Part shown: positions 24,217-31,848 of the stretch, one piece after another
Layout of the letters: every line of letters starts with the position of its first letter
How positions within the stretch are numbered: the stretch's first letter is position 1
Source: Nitrososphaera viennensis EN76
GTDB taxonomy: Archaea > Thermoproteota > Nitrososphaeria > Nitrososphaerales > Nitrososphaeraceae
Reading direction: 5' to 3'
DNA length: 32,000 nucleotides
Assembly: GCF_000698785.1 (NCBI RefSeq)
Contig: NZ_CP007536.1
Coordinates: 840,001-872,000 of the forward strand
Notes under the pieces: model-generated
The model's database searches: none
What the model was told of the DNA's origin: nothing
The model's input: the letters and a program-made list of their open reading frames with translations, nothing else
Program-made: the position numbers and the translations under genes

Positions 24217-25353
24217 TTAATTATCTGCTTGCTTTGCGGCATTTTGAATCATAGTTATCCACTTGTTCTCTCCTTCGACCTTTATTCCTGCGATCTCTGC
24301 TGGTGTGTGGTTTCCTAGACTCTCATGCTCTCTAAAGTAGTTGTGGTAAATCTGATAGCCTGCCAGTACCGGCGTGTCCATCTTCTTTAATCCCCTCATG
24401 ACTTTTTCTCTGTCTCTAATCTCGCCATTCATTCTCTCCATCTTGTTATTGTTCTTGTCACCTTTCAGGTGGATATGCTGAATGTGCTTTGTGCGTGGTA
24501 CGGCATGAGTGAAATACTCTCTCATGTACGCGTTGTGAAAGTTGGGCGCTCCATCGCTAATCAGAGTCATAGGCTTTTTGCCCGCAATTTCTCGCCCCTC
24601 ATTGAATAGCGGCCGTACGTCTTGGGTGTACTTCGTGTCTGCCACCTGCTGCGCTATCCAAAAGCGCGTTTCGTCGTCCATGAGAGCATAAAGATACTTT
24701 GTGTTGCCCTTGATTTTGAGGTAAAGCTCGTCCGTTCTCCAGGTGTCAGAGACGTTTGGAGTAATCTTCTCAAGGTACTTCTCCATGAGGCCGACGTACT
24801 TCTTTATCCACCTATAGATTGCCATATGGCTAGCCTTGTAGCCTTGGAGCTTGATGAACCGCTGCACGTTCCTAAGAGATTCTCCTGAAAAGTAGAGCTG
24901 CATTGCGCCCGTTATCACCTGCGGCGGCGCTCTCATCCCCTCAAATCCTACATTGATAGTGAAATAGCGTTTACAGTCCTTGCAGTTGTACTTTTGAATG
25001 TCGCCGTACTTGTTGTGGCGTACGCCATCTCTCACGATGTTTTGAGAATTACAGAAACGGCAGTTAAGAGACGAGATAGGTGCAATGACCTTGACGCTGG
25101 CCTGTACCTCTTTGCGCAGCTCTATGCTGTACTCGACAGCCCAGATGTGCTTGCACTTGGCGCCGCGATAGTAATGATCTCTGCAAGCGCATTTCCATCC
25201 GCTTTCAGTTGCCACAATCACGTAAGCGCCGTTTCCAGATTGTGACTTGACAGAATAGGTGTGCTCGTCAATCCTTGAGACTGCGCCCTTTGTATGAACA
25301 ATCTTTTGTGCCTTTTCTTCACGGGTGAGTTGGAACGGTTGCTCGGGTGTCAT
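24217..25353 (-). mobile_element. IS6/IS240-like DDE transposase gene with N-terminal SWIM zinc finger and Zn ribbon (IS termini not identified)
   Basis: The 378-aa product has a SWIM-type finger, WKCACRDHYYRGAKCKHIWAV (CxC...CxH). A Zn ribbon follows, CRFCNSQNIVRDG...YNCKDCKRYF. The DDE core is WRTDELYLKIKG...YLYALMDDETRF (D), LISDGAPNFHNAY (D) and NNKMERMNGEIRDREK (E). I found no convincing terminal inverted repeats. Confidence 0.8.
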
Positions 25354-25354
25354 T

Positions 25355-25424
25355 TTAGGTGCCTAACTTTACTATGTATTAGGCACCTATAAATACTTTA
25401 GGCGCCTACTTTATTAGGCACCTA
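25355..25424. promoter_or_regulatory. Array of four TAGG-NN-CCTA dyad motifs in the divergent transposase/AbrB-like spacer
   Basis: The four copies are TTAGGTGCCTAA (25355..25366), TTAGGCACCTA (25379..25389), TTAGGCGCCTA (25398..25408) and TTAGGCACCTA (25414..25424). Copy 1 is the reverse complement of copies 2 and 4. Copies 2 and 4 run into TATA-like sequence (CCTATAAATA, CCTATATGCA). Confidence 0.5.
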
Positions 25425-25429
25425 TATGC

Positions 25430-25678
25430 ATGTATAGATTAATGCAGTTACAAAGAAGGCTCAACCGTGTGGTTGGCGACAAAGAATACTCGAAATGGCA
25501 GGTGGTAATTCCGCCTGAAACCGTAGAAAAACTGGGCTGGAAAGAGGGTCAGGAGCTAGACGAGCAAGTGCAAGGCCACAAGCTCATACTATCTCCTGTG
25601 CCCGATAACAAAGACATGGTTGAACTTGCGCGTCAATCTATGTTGGCGAAGCACAGAAAACCAATTGGTGAAGCATAA
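25430..25678 (+). CDS. AbrB/SpoVT/MazE-like DNA-binding protein
   Basis: WQVVIPPETVEKLGWKEGQELDEQVQGHKLILSPV fits the swapped-hairpin SpoVT-AbrB pattern (IPxxxxxxLGxxxGdxl......g.i.l.P). The stop overlaps the next start as TAATG (25676..25680). Confidence 0.55.
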   Translation: MYRLMQLQRRLNRVVGDKEYSKWQVVIPPETVEKLGWKEGQELDEQVQGHKLILSPVPDNKDMVELARQSMLAKHRKPIGEA

Positions 25679-26091
25679 TGAGAATAGACCCGCCATTTGA
25701 CAAACAACTGACTGACTGGTACGAACACTCGACCTTCAAGCTTCGCAGATCGGCTCAGGAGATGCAGATATTGATAGATGAGGAAGAAAAGAAGAAGAAA
25801 AATAATCAAGGAGACTCTTTTCGGCTTCTAGTATATCAGATACTCAAAAATGATCGCTTATGGATGGCTCACCTCTACGAGGAAATGCACCTTGTATTGT
25901 TGATGGCGAACATTCTTTCGGTAGTGGTTTCGCAACTGCCTGATAAGAAAGTCCTTGAAAAATTCAAAACGCAACAACGAGAACTTATAGAAAATGTTCA
26001 GAAGAATCGGTCAATGGATGAGTACGGCAAGAAATTCGATACGTGGCTAGAAAGAGCGTTAAAGGATCAGCAAAAAGAGGATGTGATATAA
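25678..26091 (+). CDS. Hypothetical helical protein
   Basis: The 137-aa product is Lys/Glu-rich with one hydrophobic stretch (LVLLMANILSVVVS). It is coupled at both ends by TAATG overlaps. I recognise no family. Confidence 0.5.
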   Translation: MRIDPPFDKQLTDWYEHSTFKLRRSAQEMQILIDEEEKKKKNNQGDSFRLLVYQILKNDRLWMAHLYEEMHLVLLMANILSVVVSQLPDKKVLEKFKTQQRELIENVQKNRSMDEYGKKFDTWLERALKDQQKEDVI

Positions 26092-26384
26092 TGGACGAGT
26101 TTGAGGCTTGGCAGAAAATACTTGCAGCGCGGCAGCGCGTCGCTAGGATGGAAAGACTGAACCAAGAACTGTACGATCATCTAGGCGGAGCTATAATCTA
26201 CACATTAGAACATGCAAAGAAAAATCACATACCATTGCCAAATAGAGAAGCATTGTATAGGATGATTGAGAGGGCGCACCTTCTCATGAAGGAAATAAAC
26301 GGCTCATCCGACGAATTGTTACAGCCTGAAAAAAGGAGGTCATCCGACGACAAGTATACAGAACCTTTTTGGCAAACCTTCTAA
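26091..26384 (+). CDS. Hypothetical helical protein
   Basis: I trimmed the ORF 26043..26384 to the ATG at 26091 (MDEFEAWQKIL...), which forms a TAATG overlap with the upstream stop. I recognise no family. Its 3' part overlaps the open frame of the next feature. Confidence 0.45.
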   Translation: MDEFEAWQKILAARQRVARMERLNQELYDHLGGAIIYTLEHAKKNHIPLPNREALYRMIERAHLLMKEINGSSDELLQPEKRRSSDDKYTEPFWQTF

Positions 26385-26667
26385 GAAACAAAGACAGCGT
26401 GAAGTTCTCGATGCAAACCGCAGAAGGGGTAAAGCGGGTGAAGAAGAAATTAAGGCCAAGTACGAATGGAATGGCTATGAGGTCGAGCGAACAGGCAGAG
26501 GTCATGATTTCAGAGTTAGAAAACGTGACTTTTGGACGGGTCGTGTTACAGAATCAAAAGTTGTAGAAGTAAAGACGGGAAATGCAAAACTATCACCATT
26601 GCAAAGAAAAACAAAGAAGAAGAAAAGCAATTACAAAGTAGAACATGCTGATCCTTGGTTCTACTAA
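26299..26667 (+). pseudogene. Start-less open frame encoding a PD-(D/E)xK / Holliday-junction-resolvase-like nuclease motif (frameshifted gene or recoding candidate)
   Basis: This comes from my manual translation of the +1 frame relative to 26091..26384 and is not in the ORF track. It reads ...KKQRQREVLDANRRRGKAGEEEIKAKYEWNGYEVERTGRGHDFRVRKRDFWTGRVTESKVVEVKTGNAKLSPLQRKTKKKKSNYKVEHADPWFY*. The G.gE...l...GY.V.R.....D....(n)..VEVK......L...Q layout matches small restriction-endonuclease-fold nucleases. The frame has no ATG, GTG or TTG before the motif. An A6 run at 26329..26334 lies in the overlap. Confidence 0.35.
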
Positions 26668-27185
26668 TTGTCTGCTTTTACCGCGTTTTGGATTACCGTT
26701 ATCCATTTGTTTTCTCCCTGAACGGCTATCCCTGCCGCTTCCGCTGGTGTTATCCCTTTCAACGCTTCATGCGGGCGAAAATAATTGTGATAGAGTTGGT
26801 ATCCCTTCAGTACGACGGTATCCTGCTTTTTCAACCCGCGCATGACTTTCTCACGGTCACGGATTTCACCGTTAAACCTCTCCATCTTGTTGTTGTTCAT
26901 GTCGCCCTTGAAGGGGATGTGCTTGATGTGCTGTGTACGCGGTAGTGTGTGAGTCCAGAACTCCTTTTGGTACGCGTTGTGGAAGTTGCCCGCGCCGTCA
27001 GATATGATAGTCGCTGGCTTTTTGCCTGCAATGTCTTTGCCTTCCTTGAACAATGGCCTAACATCTTGAGTGTATTTTGTATCGGCTACCTGTTGCGCTA
27101 TCCAAAAGCGTGTTTCGTCGTCCATGAGGGCATAAAGGTACTTCGTGTTTCCCTTGATTTTCAGATAAAGCTCGCTTTATCTTTG
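26664..27185 (-). pseudogene. 5'-truncated, diverged second copy of the IS6-like transposase (C-terminal DDE half only)
   Basis: The ORF 26664..27125 reads MDDETRFWIAQQVADTKYTQDVRPLFKEGKDIAGKKPATIISDGAGNFHNAY...NNKMERFNGEIRDREKVMRGLKK. It is collinear with residues ~225-378 of 24217..25353. Homology continues upstream as ELYLKIKGNTKYLYAL and is then cut by an in-frame TAA near 27174..27176. The SWIM, Zn-ribbon and HTH parts and the first catalytic-Asp context are missing. Confidence 0.75.
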
Positions 27186-27191
27186 CAGGGG

Positions 27192-27755
27192 CTAGTCGCC
27201 GGGCCTTCTCGTAAGGACAAACTCGCAGTGGTCGTCGCCTGCAGCTATGCACTTGGTTTCCAGACAGTTGTAGCCTGTTGAAAACGCCCCTTCTGCCAGC
27301 CCTGCAAGCAGCCCGGACAGGAAGAAACAGCTTGGGTTGCCGGTCTGGCTTTTGGCCGCCTTTGCAAAGAAACTATCATAGACTTTGACGGTGGCCTTGC
27401 GCGGGGGCGTCGCGTCCTTTAGTTTCAACTCGGATACCTCGAACCGGCCCCAGCCAGACATCATGACATAGTACGTAAAGAGGTCAATGGCGTTTCCTTT
27501 GGTTTTGGCCCGGGTCTTGCCCTGAAATCCCATGTCAAAGCCGCATTCCAGCCCGAGCTCGTATATCACCAGGGGCCCGGCGTCTTTTAGCAGGTCCAGG
27601 ATGGAGGACCTTATCTTGTTCCAGAACCTTTCGTTTACCAGTATTGCCCTGCAATTAAACGCGGAATCCTCAATGACTTTGGTTTTTTGGGAAAAGTGGT
27701 AGAAAGGATTTTCTGCAGAGCCTACACTAAGGGGGTCAGCGGACCCGTCCGGCAT
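27192..27755 (-). CDS. V4R (4-vinyl reductase) domain protein, putative small-molecule-binding sensor
   Basis: The C-terminal pattern is PSCFFLSGLLAGLAEGAFSTGYNCLETKCIAAGDDHCEFVL. This matches the V4R signature (C.f..G...G......... ..E..C...G...C.F). I prefer the ATG at 27755; the ORF track uses GTG at 27770. Confidence 0.7.
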   Translation of the reverse strand: MPDGSADPLSVGSAENPFYHFSQKTKVIEDSAFNCRAILVNERFWNKIRSSILDLLKDAGPLVIYELGLECGFDMGFQGKTRAKTKGNAIDLFTYYVMMSGWGRFEVSELKLKDATPPRKATVKVYDSFFAKAAKSQTGNPSCFFLSGLLAGLAEGAFSTGYNCLETKCIAAGDDHCEFVLTRRPGD

Positions 27756-27964
27756 ACGAAACTGGCGCACTATGGTACTTGCAGTACATTCTCATATAAG
27801 AACTACACTGCGTAAATTCTATTACTTTATCTGGATACAAATAATCTAAAATGCTGAAATAGCGATATATGTATAGATTTTTGAGTATTTTCGCTAATTT
27901 CCAAGATTATTACAATGATATCGCTTTAATAATAAGTTATGCCTCTCCTGTAAAGGAGATCACT

Positions 27965-28438
27965 ATGCAATCTCCTATAGCTCTAAGCGAAATAGACCGC
28001 AAGATCCTGAAAAGTCTGGTTGCCCCAAATGGCGGGGCATCCTCAAAAACAATGTCAGAGCAACTGGGGATTCCGCAAACGACCTTGCAGCGGCGAAGAA
28101 AGAGGCTGGAGGAGTTTACCAGCAAGCATTGTTTTCTCGACCTGAGCAAGTTCGGGTGGAGAAAGGTGGACTTTCTCCTTTCAACCAACAGCGGCAAGAC
28201 GATGGACATTGCCAAGATTCTGCTTCAGAGAGACGAGGTCATGTACGTAAGCAGGAACATTGGCGAGCGCACGATAGACCTGAGGGTCAAGACAATAGTC
28301 AGGACAAACGCAGAGATAGCAAGCCTTCTTGAGATGATAAAGGGCATCGAAGGGGTCAGGGACGCCGTGTGGACGGAAACCGTCCAGGTCATCGGAAAGA
28401 AAGACCAGATCCCGGATTCCATCTTGGCGCAACTATAG
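27965..28438 (+). CDS. Lrp/AsnC-family transcriptional regulator
   Basis: LSEIDRKILKSLVAPNGGASSKTMSEQLGIPQTTLQRRRKRLEE is the HTH_AsnC part. A RAM-like domain follows (VDFLLSTNSG...LLEMIKGIEGVRDAVWTE). I trimmed to the ATG at 27965, which is preceded by AAGGAG. Confidence 0.75.
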   Translation: MQSPIALSEIDRKILKSLVAPNGGASSKTMSEQLGIPQTTLQRRRKRLEEFTSKHCFLDLSKFGWRKVDFLLSTNSGKTMDIAKILLQRDEVMYVSRNIGERTIDLRVKTIVRTNAEIASLLEMIKGIEGVRDAVWTETVQVIGKKDQIPDSILAQL

Positions 28439-28487
28439 CAGTGGTGCCAAAAAAACGAATCCAGGCCGGACGTGGCCGCCCTAGCTA

Positions 28488-29375
28488 CTACAGCTCTGCA
28501 GTAGCCTTGCCCAGTTCTACCGGGGGAGCTATCGGCTTTTGGCTCAGATAGAACCTGTACTTGTGGTCGACCATCTTGGCAGCAGACACGATGCTTGAAT
28601 CCAGCGCGTTCTTGGCCACTGACAGGAACATCTCGCTGTCCTTTGGGAGGCAGTGCCCGCCAATCCCTTCCCGGGCCTCCAGGACCTTGATGTTCCACTT
28701 TGTGTTTACGGCATTCCTCAATTCGTTAAAGTCGATGCCCGCAGAGTCGCTCACCATCCTCAGCTCTTCTGCAAAGGCGATTTCCACAAAGCGGTACGCG
28801 TTTTCCACTATCTTGGACATCTCGGCCACCTCGATGGAGCTCACCTCATGGAGCGGTATGCGCAGCACCTGGCCGTAGAACTTTTTCCCTTCTGCGATGC
28901 AGCAGGGCTCGCATCCGCCCAGGACGCGCGTCTGGTTCACGCCGTGGTCCTGCTTTTCAGGGCCATAGTACCTGTGCGGCACGTGCACCACGTGCATCTT
29001 GTGGTTCAAGAGCGCAAGCACCTTTCTGGAAGTCCCCTTCGGGATGGTGCTGTCGATTCCCACGAGCGCGCCCTGCTTGCCTTCCGTCGCTATCCTGTAC
29101 GCGACTTCCATTATGCCGTCAAGGTATGGCGTGAACATGTCGTTTGGCTGGTGGGTGGAGATGCATATCAGGTAATAGTCGTAACCGGCAAAGCTGGAGG
29201 CTTTTTTGTCGATTATGCCGTCGTTGATGGCGCGCTCGACTGCCTTTTGAGAGATGTCAAAGCCGTCCACGCGCAACCCAAGCGAGTGCAGGTATTCTGC
29301 GTTGCTGTACCCTATTTGCCCAAGACCTATGACGAGTATCTTTTTGTCGTGACCGTTGTTGTTGCTCTCATGCAT
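28488..29375 (-). CDS. Nucleotide-sugar dehydrogenase family protein (UDP-glucose/GDP-mannose/UDP-ManNAc dehydrogenase-like), short form
   Basis: KKILVIGLGQIGYSNAEYL is the Rossmann motif. The central domain has IEVAEMSKIVENAYRFVEIAFAEEL, and the catalytic Cys motif is GIGGHCLPKD. Only about 45 residues follow that motif, so the usual C-terminal nucleotide-sugar-binding domain is absent. Confidence 0.75.
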   Translation of the reverse strand: MHESNNNGHDKKILVIGLGQIGYSNAEYLHSLGLRVDGFDISQKAVERAINDGIIDKKASSFAGYDYYLICISTHQPNDMFTPYLDGIMEVAYRIATEGKQGALVGIDSTIPKGTSRKVLALLNHKMHVVHVPHRYYGPEKQDHGVNQTRVLGGCEPCCIAEGKKFYGQVLRIPLHEVSSIEVAEMSKIVENAYRFVEIAFAEELRMVSDSAGIDFNELRNAVNTKWNIKVLEAREGIGGHCLPKDSEMFLSVAKNALDSSIVSAAKMVDHKYRFYLSQKPIAPPVELGKATAEL

Positions 29376-29656
29376 TGTAGCTTCGCTGCTACTAATCGAT
29401 TTCCATATGAAAGACTGATGACCGGATTTTCACACGGTGATGCTCCCAAGCAGTCAAAGGCGCCCAGACATGTGACTGTTTTTATCAGATTATTATACAG
29501 AAATCCCAGTAACACCCAGAGAAAAGGCCTACTTGACGCAAGTTCAACATCACTCTAGAATAGAAATATGAAAAAAATCAGCCTGATCATCCGCAGAAGG
29601 GCTTGAAGATCCCTTGTTGATCAGGCCGCCTGCCGAGTGTGTGTGGTGGTGGTCCT

Positions 29657-29914
29657 CTAGCCGCTGCTATCGTCGTTCAGGATCTGGCTGGCCGCCAAGG
29701 ACGCCTTGAGGAAGGCCTTGCCCTTGTCCGTCGAGACCCACCTTCTGTCTTCTTCCCGTATGAGCTTCTTTTCAAGAAGGTACTTGTGGTAGAACTGCAG
29801 TTGAGCGTAACTGAGGCGGGATTTGTACATTATCGCAGTCCTACTCTCGGGTTCGTCGAGACCGGAAAGGATCTCCATCAGTATTTCATCTCTGCTGCGG
29901 TTTTTCATGTACAT
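29657..29914 (-). CDS. Small winged-helix DNA-binding protein (archaeal HTH_45-like family)
   Basis: RSRDEILMEILSGLDEPESRTAIMYKSRLSYAQLQFYHKYLLEKKLIREEDRRWVSTDKGKAFL matches the common archaeal small wHTH pattern (R.eI...IL......K T.IMYK.NLSY.QL..YL..L...LI......y..T.KG..FL). Confidence 0.7.
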   Translation of the reverse strand: MYMKNRSRDEILMEILSGLDEPESRTAIMYKSRLSYAQLQFYHKYLLEKKLIREEDRRWVSTDKGKAFLKASLAASQILNDDSSG

Positions 29915-30598
29915 GTTTCTAATCAGATTAGAAATAGGCCGGTTCTAAGTGATATGGTCATTTTTGTCGCCAAGAATTGACGAAATAAACGCCGGCAATC
30001 CAGATAATGACTGCGGATACCATTTTTGTAGCATAATAGTGGATGCGGCTTTTGTAATTAGCATGCAGTAAAAAGAGCTGCAAGCTGCGGGGTGTTTTAC
30101 ATGCAGGACGCTCATCAACTGCCCTATTTGAGCACGGCTGCATGGCCAGAGCAAGCAGAGGCGCACTGTTTCTATCATATTGGGAATGCTGTCGAGTCCA
30201 GCGTGCACCGATTGTTCAAGCTTTTTCCCGCCAGACGGTGCCAGGGTTCAAGCTGGACAGTCACGTTTGTTATCTGCCAATACACACTACCGTAGCCTTG
30301 ATCAGCGAACTATTGCAGCTTTGTCACAATTTGCAAGTGCCATGGGTGTTGTTTTCAGATTCTTGTGATAAGCGTTAGAGCTGAAACCGCGAAATTTGAT
30401 TGAAGTTACTGGTCAAATCATGACCCAGAGCTTGACAAAAACCTCATAAAATGCCCATCCTTTCTGCCCTCGGCAGCCAGAAGGACACAAAAAGCAGCTG
30501 CATGCGAATAATCACGCAACAACAACAATAACAAGAATATAGAAAACGACAGAGGTACACGCGCGCGCGGGTAGTGCACACGCAGCAGTACTTGCCGG

Positions 30599-31354
30599 TC
30601 AGTCGGATTCAATAACGCGTTCTGCAAAATCGGTGTTTTTGCCCATCGGCTCAATAAGCTCTATCCAGAATACGTTTCCGACGCCATTTATCGACTTCAT
30701 TTTTTCCACCATGTTGAGCAGCTCGGCGTTGTTCCGGAAGATTATCTCTACCATCAGGTCGGCCGAGTTCTCGCCGAGGATGCGGTTGACGGACTTGACG
30801 CCATCTGACAGCGACAGTATCTCCTTCCCCACAGCAGCAGTCATCCCGTTCCTGGTAGAGATGAACAGGGTGGCAGTCCTCCACCCGAACCTTTCCACTT
30901 TTAGCGTGTAGGACATTTCAAGGAGGTTGGCCTCCAGCCTCTTGCGCCTGCGCTGCACCGTGCTGAGCGGTATGTCCAGCTCTTTTGAGAGTGTGAGCGA
31001 CGACACGCCGCCCGTGGACGAAAGCAGCGCTTTTAGGATTTTCTTGTCGACCGTAGAAAGTATTGGTGGGCTGCCAGGGCTGCCGCTGTGGACTTTGGGA
31101 TACCTTTGCTCAGTAGCGGCTGTTTTGATGTTTTCCAGCAGGCGTGCCAGCGTATTCGTAGGCACAGAACTGAATACGTTGTCTGTGACGCCCATTTCCC
31201 GGAATTCGGCAAGGATCTCATCCCTAGAAGTCTTTTTGAACGGCGAAGTCTCGTGTTTTATCATTTCAGCGACATCCTCCTCGCGACCCTCCAGCATACC
31301 CTGGTCCACGAAAGGGTTTTTTAGGATCGCCGACGAGTCGTTTTCACGCTTCAT
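30599..31354 (-). CDS. Lrp/AsnC-like regulator with a ~100-aa N-terminal extension (paralogue of 27965..28438)
   Basis: LSTVDKKILKALLSSTGGVSSLTLSKELDIPLSTVQRRRKRLE plus a RAM-like C-terminus (ATLFISTRNG...LLNMVEKMKSINGVGNVFWIE) is collinear with the 27965 gene. The extension (MKRENDSSAILKNPFVDQGMLEGREED...) belongs to no family I recognise. I chose the ATG at 31354. Confidence 0.65.
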   Translation of the reverse strand: MKRENDSSAILKNPFVDQGMLEGREEDVAEMIKHETSPFKKTSRDEILAEFREMGVTDNVFSSVPTNTLARLLENIKTAATEQRYPKVHSGSPGSPPILSTVDKKILKALLSSTGGVSSLTLSKELDIPLSTVQRRRKRLEANLLEMSYTLKVERFGWRTATLFISTRNGMTAAVGKEILSLSDGVKSVNRILGENSADLMVEIIFRNNAELLNMVEKMKSINGVGNVFWIELIEPMGKNTDFAERVIESD

Positions 31355-31848
31355 GTCTACCAGTAGCCGGCTGTAGATAAAAATCAAACCTCCTTTCCAG
31401 GCTGCCTAGATGAGCAAAATAGCCAATATCTTTAATGTGGATAGAGAAAAAAAACCATTTTGTATTTATTATTGTGGTTATCCAGTATGCGCCACGTTAA
31501 ATAGAATTGGCAAGTAGACGGAACTGTCCAGTGTGACACGACTTTTTGGCATTTATTGTCAAAATACCATAATATAGTGATTAATAAAAGCTTGTTCCGG
31601 AAAACACAAGCTTGTCAAGAGCCCCGGAAAACCTGTATATCTAACAGGGCGCAAGACTGGGCGAATAGTCTAACCAGATCTCCACTCAAAATTGAAGCAG
31701 ATCAGCCACAAACGTGAGGCCAGATGGGCTACAGGGGAATATACTTTCTATAGAAATACCTTCCGTAACATGATACTAGCCAATAGGTGTCAACATGATG
31801 GTGTACGCACGCAAGCACAGAGCACAACCTCAGGAGGATTTGAGCAGA

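Noticed and set aside
26369-26566. 65-aa ORF from the ORF track (MANLLRNKDSVKF…)
   Set aside because: The overlapping alternative frame gives a far more protein-like, motif-bearing translation (the nuclease-like frame). This ORF is probably spurious.
24217-27185. Compound transposon or IS6-type cointegrate (two directly repeated IS copies flanking cargo)
   Set aside because: The two transposase copies are substantially diverged at the nucleotide level and one is 5'-truncated. I found no shared terminal repeats or target duplications. Independent insertions at a hotspot are more likely than a single cointegration event.
28653-29558. 301-aa plus-strand ORF
   Set aside because: It is antisense to the nucleotide-sugar dehydrogenase gene and its His/Val/Arg-rich translation has no motifs.
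29580-29632. Inverted repeat GCCTGATCA…TGATCAGGC, considered as an ncRNA, together with an 11-codon mini-ORF
   Set aside because: The stem is short (9 bp) and lies downstream of the wHTH gene. It is at most a terminator-like hairpin, and there is not enough evidence to annotate it.
29945-30378. Overlapping 60-90-aa ORFs on both strands in the 29915..30598 gap
   Set aside because: They are mutually overlapping, with poor composition and no motifs or obvious start contexts. The region is reported as an unexplained gap instead.
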